DNA from: Alphaproteobacteria bacterium
GTDB taxonomy: Bacteria; Pseudomonadota; Alphaproteobacteria; GCA-2731375
Assembly (NCBI GenBank): GCA_965232515.1
Contig: CBDDPY010000002.1
Coordinates: 64,001-128,000, forward strand
DNA: 64,000 nt
Direction: 5' to 3'
Under the pieces are notes generated by a model. The model searched no databases and was not told where the DNA came from. It saw only the letters and a list, made by a program, of their open reading frames with translations. Position 1 is the stretch's first letter; each line of letters opens with the position of its first letter. Positions 20,831 to 29,625 of this stretch are shown one piece after another. Made by a program: the position numbers and the translations under genes.

Positions 20831-21465
20831 CCCGGATTGTCGTCGCTGATGATCACCCGCTGCTGCGGCGCGGCCTGCTCAGCGCGCTGGAAGCCCTCGA
20901 CGGCGTCACCGTGGTCGCCGAGGCCGGCGACGGGGAGGCGGCGATGCGGGCGATTGCTCAGGAACGCCCCGATATCGCCGTCCTCGACATCGCCATGCCG
21001 AACGGCAACGGCCTCGATGTCGCGGCCTGGGTCAAGGCCAACGCGCCGTCGGTGGCGCTGGTGCTGATCACCAACTATCCCGACGCCGCCTTCGTCGAAC
21101 GCGCCATCGAGCTTGGCGTTTGCGGCTATCTCTTGAAAACCAGCGCCATCGAGGAACTGCCGCATTGCCTGGCTGCGGCCGAGAACAATGGCCGTTACCT
21201 GAGTCCCGCCTTCGTCACCGCGGCGCCGGCTGCGCCGCCAGTGCTCGACGACGCCGATACGGCGTTGCTGGCGCGGCTGACCAAGACCCAGCGCGAGGTG
21301 TTGAAGCATCTCGCCGCCTACAAGACCAGCAAGGAGATCGCCCGCGCCATGGGCGTCAGCTTCCGTACGGTTCAGAATCACCGCGCCCGGATCGCCCGGT
21401 CGCTCGGCTTCGAGGGCAAGCACCGCGTGCTCGAATTCGCCGTCCGCAACGCCGACCGCCTTTAG
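20827..21465 (+). CDS. NarL/LuxR-family response regulator
   Basis: ADDH, LDIAMP, GYLLK receiver; LT..Q..VL...KEIA..MGVS.RTV..HR HTH; ATGA overlap with the kinase. Confidence 0.92.
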   Translation: MTRIVVADDHPLLRRGLLSALEALDGVTVVAEAGDGEAAMRAIAQERPDIAVLDIAMPNGNGLDVAAWVKANAPSVALVLITNYPDAAFVERAIELGVCGYLLKTSAIEELPHCLAAAENNGRYLSPAFVTAAPAAPPVLDDADTALLARLTKTQREVLKHLAAYKTSKEIARAMGVSFRTVQNHRARIARSLGFEGKHRVLEFAVRNADRL

Positions 21466-21563
21466 CCGCCGGCGATGCTTCGGCTGGACATTGCCGTCAC
21501 GGCTTGCGCATATGGAGTGGGTCTTTGCAGCCGAAGATGCCGGGAAGGGGTCTGTCCGCGTTC

Positions 21564-22013
21564 ATGTCGAAATCGACGCAACTGGTCACCGCCTGCTATA
21601 TCGCCGCCTTTGTCGGCTCGCGCTATCCGAAGCGGGTGAACAGCGAGCGCATCGCCGAGGTCGTGCAGGTGCATCCGACGCGCGTGCGCCGCATCGTCTC
21701 CAAGCTGGTCAAGGCGGGCGTCCTGGTCTCGCAGCGCGGCGGCCACGGCGGCGTCGCGCTCGCCCGCGACGCGACCGAGATCACGCTCGGGCAGATCTAC
21801 GAGGCGGTGCAGGAGGGCACGGTCCTGTCGCTCGGCATGCACGATCCCTTCGCCGAGTGGAAGGATCACTGCTTCGTGCACGCGACCTTCGAGCGTCTGC
21901 ACGACGAGCTGGAGGAGAAGGTCCGCGCCGATCTCGCCGGCACCCGGCTGAGCGACGTCTTCAAGCCCTGGGACGGCGGCAAACGCCACGCGCCGGCGCA
22001 GGCCGCGGAGTAG
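21564..22013 (+). CDS. Rrf2-family transcriptional regulator (non Fe-S, YwnA/HypR-like)
   Basis: SE.IA......P..VRR....L.KAG...S.RG..GG..LAR....ITL..IYEAV; lacks the three-Cys cluster motif. Confidence 0.88.
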   Translation: MSKSTQLVTACYIAAFVGSRYPKRVNSERIAEVVQVHPTRVRRIVSKLVKAGVLVSQRGGHGGVALARDATEITLGQIYEAVQEGTVLSLGMHDPFAEWKDHCFVHATFERLHDELEEKVRADLAGTRLSDVFKPWDGGKRHAPAQAAE

Positions 22014-22040
22014 GAACGGCTTGTCTGCGCGCAACAGTTA

Positions 22041-22059
22041 TGTGATTGTTACGGCTACA
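22041..22059. promoter_or_regulatory. Candidate Rrf2 operator
   Basis: TGTGAT-N7-GCTACA imperfect palindrome upstream of the DUF2306 gene. Confidence 0.4.
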
Positions 22060-22121
22060 AACACAGAAATAAGCGGCTCTGGTCGCCTCGCGATCCGGAG
22101 CTGGGGGCTTCGGGGGTCGCC

Positions 22122-22880
22122 ATGTCTAGTACAACCGCAACCGAACTGAACGCACCGCGCGGCCGTTCGATCGAGGATCGCATCCGCATCGCCATCTGGT
22201 CGGTATTCGCCGCCCTGCTGGTCTTCTACGCCGTCATGGCCTTCGAGTATTTCTTCGCGCTGATCGGCGGGCGGCAGGAATGGTGGAACCTGTTCCAGGC
22301 CTGGGTCGTGTCGGACGCCTATTCCTTCGGCGACGGCTCGGTCTACAAGGAACAGCACGCGTCCTACAGCTTCAACGCCTATTTCCTGTTCGTGCATACG
22401 ACGCTGGGCGCGGTGGCGCTCGCCATCGGCCCGTTCATGTTCCTGCGCTATATCCGCCGGCATTACCTCAACCTGCACCGCACGCTGGGCAAGGTCTATC
22501 TGTTCTCGGTCTGGCTCTCCATGACCTCCGGCCTGCTGCATCTCGGCACCGTCTCGCTCTGGGACGTGTTCAGCGGCGCCGCCTTCGGCGTCGGGCTCTG
22601 GGGCCTCGATCTGCTGGTGATCCTGACGTCGGTGCTGGCCTACACCGCGATCCGGCGCAAGGACGTGCGCACGCACCAGGCCTGGATGGCCTTCAACTAT
22701 GCGCTGATCGTGGCGACGCCGATGCTGCGCGTGTTCTGGCTGGTGTTCGGCCTGGCGACGCCGGACCTCACGCAATGGACCATCAACGCCGGCGTCACCA
22801 CGTATCTGCTGCCGTTCTGCCTGTTCTTCGGCATGGCCTGGTATTCGTTCGAATACATGCGCGACAGGCGGACCGGATGA
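22122..22880 (+). CDS. DUF2306-like membrane protein
   Basis: H...G..AL..GP, LHR.LGKVY, AIRR.D...H..WM..NYAL....LR. Confidence 0.75.
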   Translation: MSSTTATELNAPRGRSIEDRIRIAIWSVFAALLVFYAVMAFEYFFALIGGRQEWWNLFQAWVVSDAYSFGDGSVYKEQHASYSFNAYFLFVHTTLGAVALAIGPFMFLRYIRRHYLNLHRTLGKVYLFSVWLSMTSGLLHLGTVSLWDVFSGAAFGVGLWGLDLLVILTSVLAYTAIRRKDVRTHQAWMAFNYALIVATPMLRVFWLVFGLATPDLTQWTINAGVTTYLLPFCLFFGMAWYSFEYMRDRRTG

Positions 22881-23575
22881 GCGTCGTGTCCGCCCCGTCA
22901 TCGACCGTGGCCGCGCCGGCCGGACTGCAGCTCGCGCTGCGCGGCATCGCCGCCGCGGCGTTGGTCGTCGCCCTGTTCGTCGCCAACCACTTTCTGCTGC
23001 GCTTCCTGATCCCGAGCGATCTCTTCGTCGCCGTCACGCCGGCCGAGGTCGCCGCGAACGACGCGGCTGCATTCGCGGCGCACTGGCCCTGGTTCTTGGC
23101 TCTCGTCGCGGCAACGGCCGCGGCCTGCGGGCTCGCGGCGCCGGCGCTGCGCGCGGTCTGGGGCGTCAAGGTTCTGGCGGGCCTGCCGCGCGCTGTCGCG
23201 GCGTTTCTCGCCGCCTGCGCGCTCACGGCCGTCGCCAGCTTCATCGTCAGCCTGTGCCTCGGCGCCGGCACTACGGGCGGTAGCGATCAGATCTTCTTCT
23301 GGGGCGGGCTCGCCTTCGTCTGGCTCGGCTTCGTCGCCATGGCCGCCATCGCCGTCCGCTACCGCGACGGCGCCCAGCTCTTCGACTGGCTGTTGCACAA
23401 CACCGGCCTGGTGCTGCTGCCGCTCACGGTCTATCCGCAGGTGCCGTTCTGGATGGCCTTCGAGTTTTCGTTGTCGGAAGCGCTGATGACCGGGTTCACG
23501 CTCGCCGCCACCGGCAACATTTTCGTCAGCTATTTCCTGGCCCTGCGGCTGCGCGCCGCCGGCCGGCGCGGCTAG
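22877..23575 (+). CDS. Hypothetical multi-pass membrane protein
   Basis: ATGA overlap with the DUF2306 gene; about six hydrophobic segments; high GC3. Confidence 0.7.
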   Translation: MSVVSAPSSTVAAPAGLQLALRGIAAAALVVALFVANHFLLRFLIPSDLFVAVTPAEVAANDAAAFAAHWPWFLALVAATAAACGLAAPALRAVWGVKVLAGLPRAVAAFLAACALTAVASFIVSLCLGAGTTGGSDQIFFWGGLAFVWLGFVAMAAIAVRYRDGAQLFDWLLHNTGLVLLPLTVYPQVPFWMAFEFSLSEALMTGFTLAATGNIFVSYFLALRLRAAGRRG

Positions 23576-23587
23576 GGGCGGCGGCCC

Positions 23588-23674
23588 GTGCGCGTGCCGC
23601 TCGGCCTCGACTGGTGGATCTGGCTGGCGATCGCCATCACCTGCGTCGGCCTGGTCTACGCGTTTCTCAGGTAA
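23588..23674 (+). CDS. Small single-TM protein of 26-28 aa, not in the ORF track
   Basis: (V)RVPLGLDWWIWLAIAITCVGLVYAFLR*; 27 of 28 sense codons end in G/C; 12 nt after the preceding stop. Confidence 0.55.
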   Translation: MRVPLGLDWWIWLAIAITCVGLVYAFLR

Positions 23675-24131
23675 GCGGCTTTTCCATGCGGAAGTTGCGC
23701 AGGCGCTGATCGCCGCGGCTGACGGTCTGCGCCTCGATTACCCGATAGCCGTGGCGTTCGAACACCGGCCGCGCCGTGAGGCTGGCCTCGGTACGGAGCC
23801 GCGTCAGACCGGCGGCACGCGCTTGCACCTCGGCCCGTTCGAGCAACGCCCTGGCGATGCCTTGGCCCTGGTGGTGTTTATGGACGAACAGCATGCGCAC
23901 CATGCCGTCGGCCTCCAGCTCGCAGAACCCGGCGACGGCGCCATCGCGCTCGGCCACGGTCCATTTGCTTTTTGCGAGCCGCGCGGCCCACGGCGCGGCC
24001 GGGATCTCGTCCGGCGCCCAGGCCGCCACCTGTTCGGCCGTGTAGTCGCGCAAATTCACGTTCCGTATGGTGTCGCGGTAGAGCGCGATCAGCGCCTCGG
24101 CGTCTTCGGGCCGGCCGTCGCGCAGCTTCAT
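23667..24131 (-). CDS. GNAT acetyltransferase (YafP-like)
   Basis: DYT.EQ..AWA, LFVH..HQGQGIA, EAS.TARP.FE..G. Confidence 0.88.
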   Translation of the reverse strand: MKLRDGRPEDAEALIALYRDTIRNVNLRDYTAEQVAAWAPDEIPAAPWAARLAKSKWTVAERDGAVAGFCELEADGMVRMLFVHKHHQGQGIARALLERAEVQARAAGLTRLRTEASLTARPVFERHGYRVIEAQTVSRGDQRLRNFRMEKPLT

Positions 24132-24249
24132 GCGTCCACCGGCCAGTGTCGGGTGCCCTTGCCGGGCGTCACGAAGCTTCGTCGGTCGACCCGCATGTCG
24201 ACGTGCCTCCACGCGATTTTGCGTGGGGGTTATAGCAGCGATTTGAAAT

Positions 24250-24825
24250 TCAGGCGCGGGGCGAAAGCAGCAGATCGGCCGCGCTGTTGGCGGTCTCCGA
24301 GACCGGCGGTCGGGACGGTCGCCGCATGACCGGCTCCCGGCGGCGTTCGGGCTCGGCTTCGACCTCGGCATCTTCCGACAGGCTCCAGAGGAGCTGTCCC
24401 ACCGCCGCCCCGGCCAGCGACCAGATCACGGCGTGCAGCACGACGGCCTCCAACGACATGCCGCCGCGCCCGAGACTGTCGGCCGCCATGACGAACAGAC
24501 CGACCGGCCAGCCCCAGCCGACGACGCCGTCGATCAGGACCACCCGCGCATAGCCATGTTGCGCCATCTCCCGCGCCACCGTTTGCCGGAACAGGCTCGT
24601 CGCTTCCGGGCGTCCGCCATACATCCACCAGGCCAGGTGGACCGCGGCGAAGGCCGCGATCAGCGCGACGACCTGCGCCGACAGCGTCGAGGCCGTCTGG
24701 AACGGCAGCAGCCATAGCAAGACGATCGCCAGCAGCACGACGGCGTATGTCGCGGTAATACGCTGTCGGGACCCTGAGCTCGCGGTTTGGGAATCATCCT
24801 GTCGCTTGCGCTGCCGTCGCCACAT
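24250..24825 (-). CDS. Hypothetical membrane protein
   Basis: Four hydrophobic segments; GGAGG upstream of the ATG. Confidence 0.6.
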   Translation of the reverse strand: MWRRQRKRQDDSQTASSGSRQRITATYAVVLLAIVLLWLLPFQTASTLSAQVVALIAAFAAVHLAWWMYGGRPEATSLFRQTVAREMAQHGYARVVLIDGVVGWGWPVGLFVMAADSLGRGGMSLEAVVLHAVIWSLAGAAVGQLLWSLSEDAEVEAEPERRREPVMRRPSRPPVSETANSAADLLLSPRA

Positions 24826-24952
24826 CGGTTGCCCGCCTCCGAGTGCTGCTTGGGCGTCGACATATACCCCTGCCGCGGCGGCATGCGCGTGTCAATAGAA
24901 TGAGCGATCTGTGGACGCTAAATCGCCGTGCGAAACGCGATTCGACAAGGGA

Positions 24953-26560
24953 TCAAGCCGCGCGCACCAGCTCGGCGGCCTTCTCCCCGATCATGATACA
25001 GGCGGCGTTGGTGTTGCCCGACGGCATGGTCGGCATGATCGAGGCGTCGGCGATGCGCAGGCCCTCCAGCCCATGCACCTTCAACCGGTCGTCGACCACG
25101 CAATCCTGGCCCGGCCCCATCCGGCAGGTGCCGATGGGATGGAAGGCGGTCTCGCAATAGCCGCGGATCCAGTCCAGGATCTCGTCGTCGCTCTCCACGT
25201 CGACGCCGGGGCTGTGCTCGGGCCCGCGGATATCGTCCATGGCCTTGGCGTTGCCGATCCGGCGGCAGATCCGCATGCCGGCGACCATCACCTGTTGGTC
25301 GATAGGATCGGTCAGGAAGTTGAACCGGATCGCCGGCTGCGCCGTCGGGTCGGCGTCGCGGATATGGATCGAGCCCAGGCTCTCCGGCCGCAGTTGATAG
25401 CTGGCAAGCGTGAAACTCGGGAACTCGTGCAGCTTGCGCCGCTTCATGTCCTTGATGGCGTACGGCACGATGTGCAGTTGGATGTCCGGCGTGTCCAGTT
25501 CGTCCCGACTCTTCAGGAACGCCAGCATCGGCGCCGATGGTAGGCTCAGGAAACCGGTGCCGGACGTGAGGTACCGGATCGCCTGGCCGACCGCGCCGAA
25601 GCCGCGGGCGCAGTGGTTGTAGGACAGGCGCTGCGTCAGTTTCCACTGCACGCGCGCGATGATGTGGTCGCGCAGATGCTCGCCGACGCCCGGCATCTCG
25701 TGCACCACATCGATGCCGTGCTGCTTCAGCAGTTCCGGCTGGCCGACGCCCGACAATTCGAGGATCTGTGGCGTGGCGACGGCGCCGGCGCAGAGGATGA
25801 CTTCCTTGCCGCAATGCGCTTCCGCCGTCTGGCCGTGGCGCGCGTAGGCGACGCCGGTGCAGCGCTTGCCGTCGAACAGCAGCCGCTCGGTATGCGCTTC
25901 CGTGATGACCTCCAGGTTGCTGCGCCCCATGGCCGGGCGCAGATAGCAATAGGCCGTGCTCATGCGCCGGCCGTTGCGGATCGTCGCCTGGGTGCGGACG
26001 ACGCCCTCCTGGTCGGCGCCGTTATAGTCCGCATTGCGCTTGAAGCCACATTCGTCCGCTGCCGCGAACAGCGCGTCGTAGAGCGGGTTCTGGTCGCTCA
26101 CCTCGGTGACATGCAGCGGCCCGTCGCCGCCCCGGATCTCGCCGTCCGCCTTCTCGTAGTTCTCGAAGCGTTTGAAGATCGGCGCCACGTCGGCCCAACC
26201 CCAGCCGCGGTTGCCGAACTGCGCCCAGCTGTCGTAGTCCAGCGGCTGGCCGCGCACATAGACCATGCCGTTGATGGCGGACGAGCCGCCCAGCAGCTTG
26301 CCGCGCGGCACCGAGATCTCGCGTCCGCCCGTGAAGTCCTCGGGATCGGACCGATAGCGCCAGTTGGCACTCGCGTCGTCGATCAGCAGGCCGAAGCTCA
26401 TCGGCATGCGGGAATAGGGGTGGGACGCCTTGCCGGCCTCGATCAGCAGCACGCGAATGCCCGGATTTTCCGTCAGGCGGTGCGCCAGCACCGAGCCGGC
26501 CGAGCCCGCGCCGACAATGATGTAGTCATACCGAATTTCCGCCCCGTTGCCCGTCGCCAT
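24953..26560 (-). CDS. GMC oxidoreductase (choline dehydrogenase-like)
   Basis: DYIIVGAGSAG, RGK.LGGSSAINGMVY.RG, HPIGTCRMG, DAS.MP...SGNTNA. Confidence 0.93.
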   Translation of the reverse strand: MATGNGAEIRYDYIIVGAGSAGSVLAHRLTENPGIRVLLIEAGKASHPYSRMPMSFGLLIDDASANWRYRSDPEDFTGGREISVPRGKLLGGSSAINGMVYVRGQPLDYDSWAQFGNRGWGWADVAPIFKRFENYEKADGEIRGGDGPLHVTEVSDQNPLYDALFAAADECGFKRNADYNGADQEGVVRTQATIRNGRRMSTAYCYLRPAMGRSNLEVITEAHTERLLFDGKRCTGVAYARHGQTAEAHCGKEVILCAGAVATPQILELSGVGQPELLKQHGIDVVHEMPGVGEHLRDHIIARVQWKLTQRLSYNHCARGFGAVGQAIRYLTSGTGFLSLPSAPMLAFLKSRDELDTPDIQLHIVPYAIKDMKRRKLHEFPSFTLASYQLRPESLGSIHIRDADPTAQPAIRFNFLTDPIDQQVMVAGMRICRRIGNAKAMDDIRGPEHSPGVDVESDDEILDWIRGYCETAFHPIGTCRMGPGQDCVVDDRLKVHGLEGLRIADASIMPTMPSGNTNAACIMIGEKAAELVRAA

Positions 26561-26720
26561 GTCGTTTCCCAAGTTCCCGCTGTTATGGTTGTCGTCACGT
26601 CATTATAGCGAATTCATCGCACGGCCAAGGACGCGGCGGACATGGACAGCCCGCCACGGAGCCGGGATAATTTCGGCGCGAAACAAAACTCAAGACATCA
26701 GCGCCACCCGGAGACGCCCC

Positions 26721-27926
26721 ATGAAGATCGAACGCATCGAGACCCGCCACTGCGACGCCGGCTGGCGCAACTACCACTTTGTCAAGCTGACCACGTCGGA
26801 CGGCATCGTCGGCTGGAGCGAGTTCGACGAGGGCTTCGGCTCGCCCGGCGTCTCCCAGGTGATCGAAAACGTCGGCGCCAAGCTGATCGGCAAGTCGGCG
26901 CACGATCACGAGCAGCTCTACGCCTTGATGTTCGCCATGACCCGCCCGGCGGCGGGCGGCGTCGTCGGCCAGGGCCTCGGCGCCATCGAGAACGCGCTTC
27001 TCGACGCGAAAGCGAAATCCTTGGGCGTGCCCTGCTACCAGCTCCTCGGCGGCAAGGTGCGCGACGACGTGCGCGTCTACTGGTCGCACTGCGGCACCTG
27101 GCGCATCAACCACCCGAATTACTATCCGCCGGCCATCACCGACCTCGACGGCGTCAAGGCCATGGGCGCCGAGGTGCGCGAGAAGGGCTTCGGCGCGCTG
27201 AAGACCAATATCTTTCTGCATGACGCGGGCGACGCCGAGGGCTGGCGGCCCGGCTTCGGCTCGCCGTTCTATCCCGAGCTCAACGTCGACCGCCGCGTGC
27301 TGCGAAATCTGCGCGCGCACCTCGAGGCCTTCCGCGACGGCGCCGGCCCCGACATGGACATCCTCTTGGACCTCAACTTCAACGCCAAGACCGAGGGCTA
27401 CCTCAAGATCCTGCGCGCCATCGCCGACCTCGACATGTTCTGGATCGAGATCGACAGCTATAACCCCCAGGCGCTCGCCCATATCCGGCAGCACAGCCCG
27501 CACCCCATCAGCTCCTGCGAGACGTTGCTGGGCCTGCGCGAGTTCCTGCCTTACTTCAACGCCCAGGCCATGGACGTCGCCATCATCGACGCGGTCTGGA
27601 ACGGCGTCTGGCAGTCCATGAAGATCGCCGCCGCGGCCGAGGCTTTCGAGGTCAACGTCGCGCCGCACAACTTCTACGGCCACTTGTGCACGTTCATGAA
27701 CCTGCACTTCGCCGCCGCCGTGCCGCACCTGCGCATCATGGAGACCGACATCGATCGGCTCGCCTGGGACGACGAGCTCTTCACCCACGCGCCGGTTTAC
27801 GAGAACGGCCACCTCGCCGTCCCCGACCGCCCGGGCTGGGGCACCGAGCCCATCGAAGCCGCCCTCGAAGCCCACCCGCCCGCCGGCGCCACCGGCATCG
27901 GCAATTTGGCTGGGGAAAGGAAGTAG
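26721..27926 (+). CDS. Mandelate racemase/muconate lactonizing enzyme (enolase superfamily)
   Basis: AIENALLD..AK.LGVP.YQLLGG, K.N, DLN, WIE, CE, APHN. Confidence 0.88.
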   Translation: MKIERIETRHCDAGWRNYHFVKLTTSDGIVGWSEFDEGFGSPGVSQVIENVGAKLIGKSAHDHEQLYALMFAMTRPAAGGVVGQGLGAIENALLDAKAKSLGVPCYQLLGGKVRDDVRVYWSHCGTWRINHPNYYPPAITDLDGVKAMGAEVREKGFGALKTNIFLHDAGDAEGWRPGFGSPFYPELNVDRRVLRNLRAHLEAFRDGAGPDMDILLDLNFNAKTEGYLKILRAIADLDMFWIEIDSYNPQALAHIRQHSPHPISSCETLLGLREFLPYFNAQAMDVAIIDAVWNGVWQSMKIAAAAEAFEVNVAPHNFYGHLCTFMNLHFAAAVPHLRIMETDIDRLAWDDELFTHAPVYENGHLAVPDRPGWGTEPIEAALEAHPPAGATGIGNLAGERK

Positions 27927-27987
27927 CGGCAGTAAACCGATCGCTTAGCGGACGCGAAACGGTCGTCTCACGCCCGCATCAAGCTGA

Positions 27988-28686
27988 TCAGGCCGACCGG
28001 CGGCGTTGCCGGTAGAGCCCGGCGCCCATCAGGCCGAACAGGCCGACCATGAGCAGAGGCAGCGTTTCCGGTTCCGGGACCGGGACGCGGCGCAACGCAT
28101 TCAGCGTGCCGCTGACCGTCACCAGATCGGGCCCGAAGAACAGGAAGAACCCGCTGCTGTCGAAGTCCGAAAACGCGATGTCCGTCGGCAGCACCAGGGC
28201 GTCGTTGAAGACGGCGTTGGTCGAGTCGTCGAGCCGGAACGAGGCGCCGAACAGCGCGAGTCCGTTGACGTCGGCGCCGACCAGCCCGTCGCTGGCGAAC
28301 GTCGAGATGCCGTAGCGGTCGTTCGGCGCGTTCGGCGCATCGTCGATCTGCACCTCGCGGCGGCCCGTCGCCGAATCCAGCGACGCCGAGTAGACCTGTG
28401 TTGCGCCGGCGTCGACGACCGAGACGTTGAACGACAGCACCGCGTCGTAGAAGGCGAAGTCCGAATTGCTGCCGGCCCGCGCGGTCGTTGTCGACTCGAT
28501 CGTATAGCTGCCGGTGAACGTGTCGGTGACCGAAAATGGCGGCGACAACCCGGCCGTGACGTTGTCGATCGTGCCGCTGAATTCATAGGTGATGGGGGCA
28601 GCTTGACTCGTGCCGACACTGGCGGCCAACCCAAACAAGACGGCGCTCGCGGCGCCAACGAACAGACGAAAACGCGAACCACGCAT
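27988..28686 (-). CDS. PEP-CTERM sorting-domain protein
   Basis: Signal peptide ending SQA-AP; C-terminal VPEPETLPLLMVGLFGLMGAGLYRQRRR; RBS GGGGAGG. Confidence 0.88.
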   Translation of the reverse strand: MRGSRFRLFVGAASAVLFGLAASVGTSQAAPITYEFSGTIDNVTAGLSPPFSVTDTFTGSYTIESTTTARAGSNSDFAFYDAVLSFNVSVVDAGATQVYSASLDSATGRREVQIDDAPNAPNDRYGISTFASDGLVGADVNGLALFGASFRLDDSTNAVFNDALVLPTDIAFSDFDSSGFFLFFGPDLVTVSGTLNALRRVPVPEPETLPLLMVGLFGLMGAGLYRQRRRSA

Positions 28687-28722
28687 ACTGACACCTCCCC
28701 TGAGCCCGAACCGATATTGTCA

Positions 28723-28758
28723 AATGTTAACATTAACGTTGTGACATATTTGTGTCAC
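28723..28758. promoter_or_regulatory. Two palindromes upstream of the second PEP-CTERM gene
   Basis: AATGTTAACATT (28723-28734) and GTGACA-N6-TGTCAC (28741-28758) in an AT-rich spacer. Confidence 0.4.
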
Positions 28759-28930
28759 GCTTTTTGAAGACTCCCCGAACGCATTGATTTTCCAGGCTGA
28801 ATTTCCGAAAGACGGGTTAAGGCCATGGGAAGGTGGTGCCCGTATCCTTTGCGCGAGCCGGAAAGTCCAGGACCGATTTCTTATGGCCATCATCCAACGT
28901 CGGATGGCGTCGTCGGGCGAGGACGGCGCG

Positions 28931-29617
28931 ATGGGTGCGGGCGCGGCCCGATGGCGCCCCGCGCATCTGCTGCTCGGCGCGCTGGCGGTCGAGGCGGTCT
29001 TGATCGGCCTGCACCTGCTGGCGCTGGCCAGCCGCGATCCGGTGATGGCGCGTTTCTTCGATCTCGGCAAAGAGAACAACGTGCCGACCTGGTTCGCCTC
29101 CATGCAGCTGTTCCTGGTCGCCGTCGTGGCCTTCGTCGCCGCGTTCCCGCGCGGCCGTTTGCCGGCGGTGCTGCGCTGGCCGCTGCCGTCGTTCGGCGCC
29201 GTGTTCGTGTTTCTCTCGATCGACGAGTTCGTCGGCCTGCACGAGAGCATCACCGCCATGACGGACGGCTTGTCCTGGGCGCCGACCTTCAACGCGCATG
29301 GCGCCTGGATCCTGCCCTATTGTCTGATCGCGGCGCTGCTGTTGCTGGCGGCGCGGCATTCGGCGCTCTGGCTCTGGCGTGCCGGCCGGCCGGTCTTTCT
29401 CGCCGCCGCGGTCGGTGCGGCGCTGTACATTGCCGGCGCGGTCGGCTTCGAACTCGTCAGCTATTACCTCGAACGCGCGTCCAGGCCCTGGCGGATCGTG
29501 CAGACCGTCGAGGAAAGCCTGGAGATGGTCGGCGTCTCCCTCATCCTCTACGCCATCCTCTGCCTGCGACAGATCCTGGACGGCGGCGACATGCCGCGGG
29601 GCAGGGCGCCCGCCTGA
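28931..29617 (+). CDS. Hypothetical multi-pass membrane protein (start uncertain: 28883, 28904 or 28931)
   Basis: E.N.PTWF.S, S.DE...LHE, G.E, EE.LEM.G acidic intramembrane motifs. Confidence 0.7.
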   Translation: MGAGAARWRPAHLLLGALAVEAVLIGLHLLALASRDPVMARFFDLGKENNVPTWFASMQLFLVAVVAFVAAFPRGRLPAVLRWPLPSFGAVFVFLSIDEFVGLHESITAMTDGLSWAPTFNAHGAWILPYCLIAALLLLAARHSALWLWRAGRPVFLAAAVGAALYIAGAVGFELVSYYLERASRPWRIVQTVEESLEMVGVSLILYAILCLRQILDGGDMPRGRAPA

Positions 29618-29625
29618 CGAAACGG

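Noticed and set aside
22280-22876. 431-aa ORF fusing onto the second membrane protein
   Set aside because: The first ~200 aa are an alternative frame within the DUF2306 gene; real start is ATG 22877
28741-28760. CRP/FNR site upstream of the PEP-CTERM gene
   Set aside because: TGTGA and TCAC half-sites are 10 nt apart, not 6
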